Source of the DNA: Eubacteriales bacterium | GTDB taxonomy: Bacteria; Bacillota; Clostridia; Oscillospirales; CAG-272 | Direction of reading: 5' to 3' | Assembly (NCBI GenBank): GCA_045654585.1 | Contig: JAZONS010000053.1 | Span: 19,950-83,949, forward strand | DNA length: 64,000 bases | Shown: positions 1-8,714 of the stretch, piece by piece | How the letters are laid out: every line of letters begins with the position of its first letter | How positions within the stretch are numbered: position 1 is the first letter of the stretch | Made by a program: the position numbers and the translations under genes | Notes under the pieces: model-generated | Told to the model about the DNA's origin: nothing | The model's database searches: none | Seen by the model: only the letters and a program-made list of their open reading frames with translations

Positions 1-32
1 AGACCCTTAGCTCTTATTCCTTCAGCCTCCTG

Positions 33-1088
33 CTACATTGAGTAACGGAGAGCCTCAGCCTCGGCACGCTTAGCCTCGGCATCCTTGAGAGCCTCATAGG
101 CCGCAGCCTCTGCCTCTCTCTGACGCTTGATAAGGTCAGCCTCAGCGCGTCTTTCAGCCTGATACTTAAGAGCATCCGCCTGCTTCTTGATATCCGCATC
201 GAGCTGACGCTCCTTGATGGCGATCTCCTTTTCGGCAAGCTCTGCTTCTTTTTCACGGCGGGCAATGTCCGCATTTGTTTTTGCGATCTCAACGATCTTA
301 CGCTGATTTTCCTGCTGGATGGAGTAAGCCGCATCCGCCTCCGCCTTCTTTGTGTCCGCGCGCACCTTCATATCCGCCTGCTGAACTGCATGGTCGGCAT
401 TCTGCTCTGCGATCTTCTTTTCAGCCTCAACCTTAACGGCGTTAGCCTCCTGCTGAGCGTTTGAGGTCGCGATAGAGATATCTCTCTGCGCGTTAGCCTT
501 TGCGATCTGAGCATTCTTTCTGATCTGCTCAACGTTATCGATACCCATATTCTCAATCGTGCCGGCGGCATCCTTGAAGTTCTGGATATTGAAGTTTACT
601 ACCTCGATACCGAGCTTTTCCATATCGGGAACAACGTTCTCGGTAATTTTCTTTGCAACGCCCTGTCTGTCCTGAACCATTTCCTTAAGTCCGACAGAGC
701 CGACGATCTCACGCATATTACCCTCAAGAACCTGCGTTACAAGAGTTATAAGCTCCTGGCGGCTCTTTCCGAGAAGTGCCTCTGCGGCACGCTCAAGGTT
801 TTCGGGCGAAGAGGAGATTTTGATATTCGCAACACCGTCGACGGTTACGTTGATGAACTCGTTGGTGGGAACTGCTTCACTCGTCTTAACGTCAACCTGC
901 ATTACGCTGAGCGAAAGCTTGTCGATACGCGTCAAGAACGGCATTCTCCAACCTGCTTTACCTATAAGTATCTTTCTTTTTCCAAGACCCGATACGATAA
1001 ACGCGGTATCCGGCGGCGCTTTGAGATATCCTGCGGCAAATAGCAGAATGACAAGCACAAGCACAATACCGATAATCCAAAAAATCAT
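33..1088 (-). CDS. Flotillin / SPFH (band-7) family membrane protein, FloT-like. It ends at an in-frame TAG while the frame stays open to the window edge.
   Basis: N-terminal hydrophobic hairpin MIFWIIGIVLVLVILLFAAG, an SPFH core (FIVSGLGKRKILIGKAGWRMPF..VDVKT), then a long Glu/Ala/Lys-rich coiled coil. AGGAGG lies 7 nt upstream of the ATG at 1088, so the ORF-track GTG at 1127 is less likely. TAG at 33-35. Confidence 0.85.
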   Translation of the reverse strand: MIFWIIGIVLVLVILLFAAGYLKAPPDTAFIVSGLGKRKILIGKAGWRMPFLTRIDKLSLSVMQVDVKTSEAVPTNEFINVTVDGVANIKISSSPENLERAAEALLGKSRQELITLVTQVLEGNMREIVGSVGLKEMVQDRQGVAKKITENVVPDMEKLGIEVVNFNIQNFKDAAGTIENMGIDNVEQIRKNAQIAKANAQRDISIATSNAQQEANAVKVEAEKKIAEQNADHAVQQADMKVRADTKKAEADAAYSIQQENQRKIVEIAKTNADIARREKEAELAEKEIAIKERQLDADIKKQADALKYQAERRAEADLIKRQREAEAAAYEALKDAEAKRAEAEALRYSM

Positions 1089-1240
1089 AAAAAATCCTCC
1101 TAATTTTATTATATCAAACTTCATCACTTGCGTGAATTATTCTGATCAATTATATTTTACCATATCCACAGTTAAAAATCAATAGTCCAAAATAATATTT
1201 TTTGCTTGTCAAAAAATTATTTTCCATATTAAAGAGCAAG

Positions 1241-1265
1241 AAATCCCCGAATTTATCGGGGATTT
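1241..1265 (-). terminator. Possible intrinsic terminator after the ADP-ribosylglycohydrolase gene
   Basis: Hairpin aaatccccga-atttat-cggggattt. The minus-strand downstream sequence is only moderately T-rich. Confidence 0.4.
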
Positions 1266-1310
1266 GGAATTTTTATTCATATTTAGGTAGCACAAAAGTC
1301 CATATTTTAT

Positions 1311-2138
1311 TCATTCCGTACGGGCCGTGCGCTTTTTCTTTACCGTGCGAAAGGCGTAATAGATCGTGCGCAATTTATCCGTGAGATACTCCATCGCTTT
1401 TTCCTCAAGCTCGTCAGGAACGCCATAGTACGCCTCGGCGACCGAGCCGCATATCGCGCCCTGAGTATCGGAATCTCCGCCGAGAGAAATCGCGTTTCTT
1501 ATTGCATCCTCGAAACTCTCCGACTCAAAGAAGGCGACGAGCGCCTCGGGAACACTGCCCTGACAGGTGATAAATTTTCCGAGCGGGTCAATTCCGTAGT
1601 CGGGACGTATCTTTGAAAGTGTAAGATTTTCTATATGCGGGTAATACTCTATCATGCGCGTCTTTATTTCCTTCATCGGTCTGCCGCACCTCGCAAGATA
1701 GATAGCCATGGCAACAGCCTCAGCGCCGCGTATCCCCTCGGGATGATCATGCGATACCTCGGTGACGAGCCGCGAGAAATGCTTTACCTCTTCCTCGGAC
1801 TCGGCTATCCAGCCTACGGAGCTTACGCGCATAGCCGCACCGTTTCCGCAGCCACCGTAGGGCTTAGGGTCTTCCATAAACCACTTATAAAAGCGCTCGC
1901 CCCACATAGCCGCCTGATGCTCGCGACCCATCTTTACCATACGCGAAACAACGAAGCTCTGAAAATCGGGGCCGTAACGTCTGTCCCACCCAAGGACGAA
2001 CGCCTCGCCTATCGCGAGAGTCATAAGGCTATCGTCGGTATAACAGCACGATGGCGTCATAAATCTGAACTCTTTTTTCTTAAATTCCTGCCACTCAAAT
2101 CTGCTTCCTACTATATCTCCGATTATAGCGCCAAGCAT
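1311..2138 (-). CDS. ADP-ribosylglycohydrolase (ARH/DraG) family protein
   Basis: N-terminus MLGAIIGDIVGSRFEW...CCYTDDSLMTLAIGEA and C-terminal SLGGDSDTQGAICGSVAEAYYG are typical ARH metal-site motifs. GGAGG RBS upstream of the ATG at 2138. Confidence 0.85.
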   Translation of the reverse strand: MLGAIIGDIVGSRFEWQEFKKKEFRFMTPSCCYTDDSLMTLAIGEAFVLGWDRRYGPDFQSFVVSRMVKMGREHQAAMWGERFYKWFMEDPKPYGGCGNGAAMRVSSVGWIAESEEEVKHFSRLVTEVSHDHPEGIRGAEAVAMAIYLARCGRPMKEIKTRMIEYYPHIENLTLSKIRPDYGIDPLGKFITCQGSVPEALVAFFESESFEDAIRNAISLGGDSDTQGAICGSVAEAYYGVPDELEEKAMEYLTDKLRTIYYAFRTVKKKRTARTE

Positions 2139-2191
2139 CGTTTACCTCCGTTTTTCATTCTGTTTTGACTATTGTTGTTTACATTTATTGA

Positions 2192-2944
2192 TTACTTTAA
2201 TATTTTTAGCTTCCTCAAAGCGGCTTCGGCTGCGGCAGATTCCGCAAGCTTCATGCTCCTACCGCTACCGCTGCCGACAAGCTCCCCGCCGACAAAGCAA
2301 GCAACCGTATAGCACTTGTTGTGCTCAGGGCCCGATTCCGCTGTCTTTTCATACACGGGTGGGGGCATTCTGCGTTTTTTATCGGCGCACCACTCCTGGA
2401 GCATATTCTTGCAGCTCTGCATCGGAGCTTTAGCGCGAGTGAGGTACACCGAGAGGTCAAGCATAAGCTCAACCGATGCGGCAGCCGCCTCCATATCAAA
2501 GCCCGAGTCGATATATATTGCACCGATTATCGACTCAAACAGATCCTCTTTTACAGAACGCTCGTTCTCAATCCCAAGCTTCGCATCTCCCTCTCCCATT
2601 ATGAAGTATTTCTCGAGTCCGAGTCTTGTGATATTTTCCGAGAGATTTCTTTTGTCGGCAAGCTTCGAGCGGATATTCGAAAAATCACCCTCGTTAAGAA
2701 CCGTTTTAATTCCGTGGACATAGCGCTCGGTCTTGGTTTTTATAAGGCTCGTTACTATCACCGCGGAGAGCACACTGTCCCCAAAAAACTCAAGCACCTC
2801 GTTCGATTGATAGCCTATCTTCTCAACGCGGTTCGCCTCGTTACAAAAGCTCGCCCTGGTGAACGCCTGACGGATAAGGCTCTTATCACTGAAGGTATAG
2901 CCTATTTTTTCTTCAATTTCGGGTATATACTTGTCAAAATTCAT
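2192..2944 (-). CDS. rnc: Ribonuclease III
   Basis: RNase III signature NEVLEFFGDSVLSAVIV, a second catalytic block EDLFESIIGAIYID, and a C-terminal dsRBD-like region (KNMLQEWC...GSGSGRSMKLAESAAAEAAL). Confidence 0.9.
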   Translation of the reverse strand: MNFDKYIPEIEEKIGYTFSDKSLIRQAFTRASFCNEANRVEKIGYQSNEVLEFFGDSVLSAVIVTSLIKTKTERYVHGIKTVLNEGDFSNIRSKLADKRNLSENITRLGLEKYFIMGEGDAKLGIENERSVKEDLFESIIGAIYIDSGFDMEAAAASVELMLDLSVYLTRAKAPMQSCKNMLQEWCADKKRRMPPPVYEKTAESGPEHNKCYTVACFVGGELVGSGSGRSMKLAESAAAEAALRKLKILK

Positions 2945-3013
2945 TTTTAACCCTCGTTTTCAGCTTTTTTCATACTTAGTTTATCATCTTTCAAGTCCAC
3001 TGTCAATAAAAAG

Positions 3014-3042
3014 TTGACAAAAGCGGAAAAGTGTGGTAATAT
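3014..3042 (+). promoter_or_regulatory. Sigma-A type promoter for the glycan module
   Basis: TTGACA (3014-3019), 17-nt spacer, TAATAT (3037-3042) preceded by TGg (extended -10). About 60 nt upstream of the ATG at 3103. Confidence 0.6.
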
Positions 3043-3102
3043 AAAGGGAATATATTTTAATTATTATTTAAATTATTAAATAAATTTATTGCGAGGAATA
3101 TT

Positions 3103-5673
3103 ATGCCAAGCGGAAAACGTAGCTTGCTCTCAATGATCGAGAGCTATGTAGATATGATAATAAATGCGATATCGGTTTACGTCGCATTCGTTCTGGCTTG
3201 CCTTTTCAGCGGCAATCCGCCCTTTGAAATAACAGAGCCGGAAGCGCTTATAGCTATATTCGCGGTAATTATCGTGAGCTCGTTCATGTACCACGTGACG
3301 GACAATTACCGCCCGACCATATATACCCTTCCGAGAAAATCCTATTGGAATATCATCAAGGCGAACGTTATGGCGTTTGCGTTTATCATGATATGGATAG
3401 CCTTCTTCGGAAAGGAAGGAATGCGTACCTTCGAGAGCTTCTGGGCGCTGATACATCTCATTTTAAGCTCGGCTCTTCTTATCTCGAAGAGAAAAGTGAT
3501 GTTCATGGCCCTTAAGCTTCTCAGGAAAGGTCAGTATATTTTAAAAAGAACCCTTATTATCGGAGATAATACCGCATCGGTAAAGGAGTACGTTACCGAG
3601 ATAGCCAACAATCCCGAGAGCGGAATTATGATACTTGGCTACGTAGGAGACAAGATCGATCCCGACGTAGGATGCGACAATCTCGGCTCGTTCAAGGATC
3701 TCGTTAAGGTGCTTGACAGATACCGTCCCACAGAGGTCGTTTTCGCTATCGACGCTTATGATAAGAGGCATCTTATCAAGCTGGTCAACATTTGCGACGA
3801 CAGATGCATAAAGGTATATTTCCTCCCTGTAACCTATGGTTACTTCAAGAATATCAAGCAGATAGAGCAGGTCGGCTCTATCCCCGTTATAAACGTTCAC
3901 GCAACTCCCCTTAACAGTCTTGTCAACCTCGCGGTAAAGCGTACAATGGATATTCTCGGCTCGCTTGCTCTCATACTTATCACGTCACCTCTTATGATAA
4001 TGGCGGCAATAGGAGTCAAGCTCTCTTCGGAGGGCCCTGTATTCTTCAAGCAAAAGAGAGTCGGTAAGATGGGCAAGACCTTTATGATGCTCAAGTTCCG
4101 CTCGATGCCCGTCAACAAAAATACGGAAACTAATTGGTCGGCTCCCGGTGATGCAAGACCCACAAAATTCGGAAGCTTTATCCGCCGTACCGCGATAGAC
4201 GAGCTCCCGCAGTTCTTCAACGTGCTTATGGGACATATGTCACTCGTCGGTCCGAGACCCGAGATGCCGAAATACGTTGAGAAGTTCCGCGATACAGTTC
4301 CGCTTTATATGATAAAGCACTACGTAAAGCCCGGTATCACAGGTCTTGCGCAGATAAAAGGTCTGCGCGGTGACACCTCTCTTGAAGAAAGAATACAGAA
4401 GGATATTTACTATATCGAAAACTGGAGCGTTTGGCTCGATATCGGTATTCTTATAAAGACTCCGTTCAAGGCGTTCAACAAGTACGAGCAGTACGTTGAG
4501 AAGCCCGAGGATAGGCAGAACAGTCTTATGAACAAGATCGGCGCAAAGCTCGGATATATAGAAACGGGCGAGCGCACAAAAAATAAAAATCAGAAAATTC
4601 TTTATGCGGCATCTACCGCAGGCCACCTTTACGATTTCCACATTCCGTATATCGAGGCTCTTCGGAGCGAGGGTCATACGGTTATGACGATGGCTCGCGG
4701 CGAGGGCGTTGATTTCAACATTCCGTTCGAGAAAAAGATGTTCTCGAAGCAGAACAAGCTTTGCAGACGTACGATACGCGAGATCGTCGAGCGCGAAGGC
4801 TTCGACCTTATAATCCTCAACACCTCGCTCGTGGCGTTCCACATAAGACTCGCGCTTAAGCAAAGGCACCGCCCAAGAACAGTTAATATCGTGCACGGAT
4901 ACCTGTTCTCCGAGTCGCCAAAGGGCTTAAAGACGAAGATAAAGTCTATGATGCTCGCTACGGCAGAGAAAATCCTTCGCCCAAAAACCGATACCATTCT
5001 TACAATGAACGACGAGGACCTTCGTATCGCTACGAAGAAGGGTCTTGCGCGCGGAGCTATAATCCCCACCTTCGGTATGGGTGTTCCGCCGACCGAGCAC
5101 GTTATGCCCGCGGGCGAGCTGAGAGAGCGCTATGCCAACGACGGCGAGTTCGTTATGCTCTTCGTCGGTGAGCTCTCCGCAAGAAAGAATCAGGAATTCC
5201 TTATAACCTCCCTTTCCAAGATCAAAAAAGACATTCCGGAGGCTCGCCTCTGGCTTATCGGTGACGGTCAGGACAAGGCTTCTCTTATGGATGCGGCGCA
5301 CGATTACGGAGTCGAGGACAGCGTGACCTTCCTTGGCAGAAGAAAAAATCCCGCCGATTATATGAGAGATTGCGACCTTTACGTCAGCGCATCGAAGAGC
5401 GAGGGTCTCCCCTTCAATATCGTTGAGGCTCTCGGATGCGGAAAACCCGTTCTCGCATCAAGAGTTAAAGGACACACGGATATCCTTGACGGCGGAGTCG
5501 GAGTTCTCTTCGACCCCGATAACACAAAGGACTTTGTCAATAAGGTAAACCTTATTCATTCGGGAAAGGTAACCGTTGACGAAATGCTCATTTACGAGGG
5601 CTACAGAAACTTCTCCGATGCCACCGTATTCGAGGACACCTACGAAAAGATGAAGGAGGCATCGTGGCTATGA
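3103..5673 (+). CDS. Fusion protein: polyprenyl-phosphate sugar-1-phosphate transferase (WbaP/CpsE-type bacterial sugar transferase) joined to a C-terminal GT-B/GT4 glycosyltransferase
   Basis: N-terminal TM helices, then the sugar-transferase catalytic block (GPVFFKQKRVGKMGKTFMMLKFRSM...DELPQFFNVLMGHMSLVGPRPE). The second half is GT4-like with an E-x7-E motif (SKSEGLPFNIVEALGCGKPVLAS). Confidence 0.8.
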   Translation: MPSGKRSLLSMIESYVDMIINAISVYVAFVLACLFSGNPPFEITEPEALIAIFAVIIVSSFMYHVTDNYRPTIYTLPRKSYWNIIKANVMAFAFIMIWIAFFGKEGMRTFESFWALIHLILSSALLISKRKVMFMALKLLRKGQYILKRTLIIGDNTASVKEYVTEIANNPESGIMILGYVGDKIDPDVGCDNLGSFKDLVKVLDRYRPTEVVFAIDAYDKRHLIKLVNICDDRCIKVYFLPVTYGYFKNIKQIEQVGSIPVINVHATPLNSLVNLAVKRTMDILGSLALILITSPLMIMAAIGVKLSSEGPVFFKQKRVGKMGKTFMMLKFRSMPVNKNTETNWSAPGDARPTKFGSFIRRTAIDELPQFFNVLMGHMSLVGPRPEMPKYVEKFRDTVPLYMIKHYVKPGITGLAQIKGLRGDTSLEERIQKDIYYIENWSVWLDIGILIKTPFKAFNKYEQYVEKPEDRQNSLMNKIGAKLGYIETGERTKNKNQKILYAASTAGHLYDFHIPYIEALRSEGHTVMTMARGEGVDFNIPFEKKMFSKQNKLCRRTIREIVEREGFDLIILNTSLVAFHIRLALKQRHRPRTVNIVHGYLFSESPKGLKTKIKSMMLATAEKILRPKTDTILTMNDEDLRIATKKGLARGAIIPTFGMGVPPTEHVMPAGELRERYANDGEFVMLFVGELSARKNQEFLITSLSKIKKDIPEARLWLIGDGQDKASLMDAAHDYGVEDSVTFLGRRKNPADYMRDCDLYVSASKSEGLPFNIVEALGCGKPVLASRVKGHTDILDGGVGVLFDPDNTKDFVNKVNLIHSGKVTVDEMLIYEGYRNFSDATVFEDTYEKMKEASWL

Positions 5674-7124
5674 CGAAACTAAAAAGATTCACAGAGCTTT
5701 TTGACCGCCACCGCCCCGCTCTCGCAAAATTCTTTGAGGGAAAGCTTTACCCGTTCCTTGTGGCGCTCTTCGTTCTGCTCGGACACGTCACGGCGCTCGA
5801 GCTATTCTTCGGCGCTGCGGTACTGCTCGCGGCGGCGCTCGCGCTCTTCGTTTGCGATACCGTGAAGCCGTTTTTCCCGACGCTTCTCACCTTCGTTTAT
5901 CTCGTAAACCTTAAGCACACTCCGGGTGTGCCTAACTGGTCCGATTACTACACAAGGCTATACGTGCTTATCCCCGTTGCCATATGCTTCGTGATACTTG
6001 TTGCTGCGGCAATATATTTCACAGTCAAGCACGTCGCGCCCGATTTCAGCTATAAGAGCGCACCGCTCTTTATTCCTATCTCCGTTCTCTCCGTAGCATT
6101 CTTACTCAACGGCGTATTCTCTTCCGGATGGAAGTTTGCCAGCCTCGTATTCGGAGTTGCCGAGGTTGCGGTATTCTTCTTACTCTTCTACCTCATTTAC
6201 TACGGAATAAAAAAAGAGGACCCGAAGGAGCTTTTCGACTACGTTTGCTACCTCGGACTACTCGTCGCCATGGTGCTCGTCGGTGAGATGGTATTTCTCT
6301 TCTTAACGAACGAAAGGCTCATCGTTGACGGCTCTATTATAAAAGAAGAAGTGCTCTTCGGCTGGGCTGCTTGCAATCCTATGGGATTTTCGCTCGCAGT
6401 CATAATTCCCTTGCTTATGCGCGGAGCTATGACGGATAAGAAACTTCGCTTTCTCTACCTTTTTGCGGCACTCGCAACATGGGGCTCTGCCGTACTCACG
6501 ATGTCAAGAAACGCGCTTATTTTCGCGACTCTCGGACTTGGACTCTCCTTCGTTATAGGCGCGTTCTTCGGCCCTAAGGAGGGACGTAACGTTTTCCGCG
6601 CGGTGCTTATACTCGGCGTAGCGGTTGCCGCGCTCGGAGCCTTTGTGCTTTGGGATAAAATATCCTCGCTCCTCGCGGACTTCCTATCGCGCGGCTTCAG
6701 CGACAACGGAAGATTTACCCTCTGGAAAAACTCGTGGGACAATTTCTTGAGATCTCCCATATTCGGAAGAGGATTTTTCGATTGGGGCGAGATGGACGTT
6801 TACGAGTCGGCAACCTTCGTTCCTACTATGTCGCACAACACGCTCTTCCAGCTCCTCTCCTCTATGGGTATCGTCGGAACTCTCGCTTACGGCTATTACA
6901 GAGCTATGACGGTAATCCCTTTTATAAAGAAATTCTCGTTTGATACGGCTATGCTCGCGCTTCCGATACTTCTTACTCTCGGCGCGAGCCTGCTCGACAA
7001 CTTTATATTCTATTTCTACACGGCGTTCCTCTACACCATTCTCCTCGCTATTGCGTTCAGAATGGAGAAAAATGAGGATAAGAATACACCCGTGTCGGAA
7101 AATTCAATCGCCGAACAGAAATAA
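5670..7124 (+). CDS. O-antigen ligase / Wzy_C-family polytopic membrane protein (paralog 1)
   Basis: About 10-12 predicted TM helices plus a loop of the type LTMSRNALIFATLGL...GRGFFDW...MSHNTLFQLLSSMG. The ATG at 5670 overlaps the upstream TGA (ATGA), and GAAGGAGG lies 10 nt upstream. Confidence 0.6.
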   Translation: MTKLKRFTELFDRHRPALAKFFEGKLYPFLVALFVLLGHVTALELFFGAAVLLAAALALFVCDTVKPFFPTLLTFVYLVNLKHTPGVPNWSDYYTRLYVLIPVAICFVILVAAAIYFTVKHVAPDFSYKSAPLFIPISVLSVAFLLNGVFSSGWKFASLVFGVAEVAVFFLLFYLIYYGIKKEDPKELFDYVCYLGLLVAMVLVGEMVFLFLTNERLIVDGSIIKEEVLFGWAACNPMGFSLAVIIPLLMRGAMTDKKLRFLYLFAALATWGSAVLTMSRNALIFATLGLGLSFVIGAFFGPKEGRNVFRAVLILGVAVAALGAFVLWDKISSLLADFLSRGFSDNGRFTLWKNSWDNFLRSPIFGRGFFDWGEMDVYESATFVPTMSHNTLFQLLSSMGIVGTLAYGYYRAMTVIPFIKKFSFDTAMLALPILLTLGASLLDNFIFYFYTAFLYTILLAIAFRMEKNEDKNTPVSENSIAEQK

Positions 7125-7194
7125 AATCGGTAAAGCAACACCCACATACCGTCAATAATATCGCCTCGTAACTTGGGGCGATGGAGGTACTTTT

Positions 7195-8697
7195 ATGACC
7201 CAAACGACACTTACGAAAAAGGAGCTTCTCTCAAGCCACCTGTCAAAGCTCCGCGCGTTTTTTGAAGGAAATATATATCCTACGGTAGTTGCCGCAGTTG
7301 TTCTTATCGGGCATCTAACAGCTCTCGAGTTTTATTCCTTTATCCTCGTTATTCTTGCGGCATCCGCCGCATTTATCGTGTCGGAAAGCGCAAAGCCGTT
7401 TATCCCGACGCTCCTGATGTTCCTCTACCTTGTAAGCTACAAGCACACGCCGGGATACCCCTCGTGGTCGGACTATTACTCTCAGACGTACGTTATGGTA
7501 ACGGCAATTATAATGTTCTCGCTTCTCTTCATATCCGCCGTATACTTCATAGCACGGCGTGTAATGCCGAAGATGCATCCGAAAAGAACACCGCTCTTCT
7601 TAGCGCTCACTCTTCTCTCTGCCGCATTCCTTATGAACGGCGCGTTCACGAAGAACTGGACGCCTATGAATATTTTGCTCGGTCTTGCCGAGGCGGCAGT
7701 GTTCTTCATCCTCTTCTACCTCTTCTACTACGGATTTGAGGGCGAAAACATAAACAAGCTTATCGACTACCTTTGCTACGTAGCTCTCCTTTCCGCGATA
7801 ATTATTATCGTAGAGATGGCAGCAATGTTCATCTCGGTTGACGGAATAATAACCGACGGAAGAATATTCAAGGAAAACATTTCTCTGGGCTGGGGAATAA
7901 GCAACCCGATAGGCAACGCTCTCGTTATACTCATTCCTCTTCTTATGCTTGGCGCGGTCAAGTGCAAGTGGGCACCCGTGTATCTTGTTGTCGCGCTTCT
8001 CACATGCGTTTGTACCTTTATTACACTGTCCAGAAACTCAATAATAATCTGCGGACTTGTCTTTACCGCCTCTTTTATCACGGTCTATCTTATGAGCGAC
8101 TCAAAAAAGCTGCTCTGCACCGTTCTCGGTGGCGGCGTTGGCGCAGGACTCGTCGTCGCGCTCATGTTCAGCGGCAGAATAGGCGAGCTTTTAAAGCACT
8201 TCTCTCTTTCCGGATCCGATGACTCGGGAAGATTCAGACTCTGGGGCGAAGCGTTTGATAACTTCCTTTCCGCGCCAATATTCGGCAGAGGATTCTTTGA
8301 CTTCCACGACGATATCGTCGTAGATATGGTAAACTTCGTGCCGATGATGGCGCACAATACCGTTTTACAGCTTATGTCCGCTATGGGAATCTTCGGACTC
8401 GGCGCTTACGTCTACTACCGTGTTAAATCAATACTCCCCTTCTTTAAACGCATCTCGCGTGAGAAGCTCATGCTCTTCTACTCTGCGGCGGCGCTTCTTC
8501 TCGGTAGCCTGCTCGATAACTTCATCTTCTATTTCCAGGGTCCATTCCTATACGTTATTGTGCTCGCTCTGGTCTTCCGCATGAACGACTACGAGGAGGA
8601 GTGGATAAGAAACCACGCCGACGACGATGATGATTATGACGCCGAGGACGATGATGAAGACGGTGAAGAGGATGCCGATGATTATTACTATATCTAA
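7195..8697 (+). CDS. O-antigen ligase / Wzy_C-family polytopic membrane protein (paralog 2) with a poly-acidic C-terminal tail
   Basis: Collinear similarity to the preceding gene over its whole length (FFEGNIYP..KPFIPTLLMFLYLV..KHTPGYPSWSDYY..ITLSRNSII..GRGFFDF..MAHNTVLQLMSAMG). Tail is NHADDDDDYDAEDDDEDGEEDADDYYYI. GGAGG RBS. Confidence 0.6.
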   Translation: MTQTTLTKKELLSSHLSKLRAFFEGNIYPTVVAAVVLIGHLTALEFYSFILVILAASAAFIVSESAKPFIPTLLMFLYLVSYKHTPGYPSWSDYYSQTYVMVTAIIMFSLLFISAVYFIARRVMPKMHPKRTPLFLALTLLSAAFLMNGAFTKNWTPMNILLGLAEAAVFFILFYLFYYGFEGENINKLIDYLCYVALLSAIIIIVEMAAMFISVDGIITDGRIFKENISLGWGISNPIGNALVILIPLLMLGAVKCKWAPVYLVVALLTCVCTFITLSRNSIIICGLVFTASFITVYLMSDSKKLLCTVLGGGVGAGLVVALMFSGRIGELLKHFSLSGSDDSGRFRLWGEAFDNFLSAPIFGRGFFDFHDDIVVDMVNFVPMMAHNTVLQLMSAMGIFGLGAYVYYRVKSILPFFKRISREKLMLFYSAAALLLGSLLDNFIFYFQGPFLYVIVLALVFRMNDYEEEWIRNHADDDDDYDAEDDDEDGEEDADDYYYI

Positions 8698-8714
8698 AAG
8701 TAAGGAGAAGCACA

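Noticed and set aside
14-334. 106-aa alternative-frame ORF inside the flotillin coiled-coil region
   Set aside because: It is an Arg/Ser/Leu-rich translation of the repetitive GAG/GCN/AAG coding sequence in another frame. It has no start context.
1162-1170. DnaA-box-like ATATCCACA upstream of the flotillin gene
   Set aside because: It is a single 8/9 match with no cluster of boxes, no AT-rich unwinding element and no dnaA/dnaN context. It is not an origin.
8584-8697. GAY/GAR-rich stretch considered as a DNA tandem repeat or simple-sequence contingency locus
   Set aside because: The codons vary (gac/gat/gaa/gag interspersed with tat/gcc/ggt) and there is no exact repeating unit. It is amino-acid-level low complexity, not a slippage-prone repeat.
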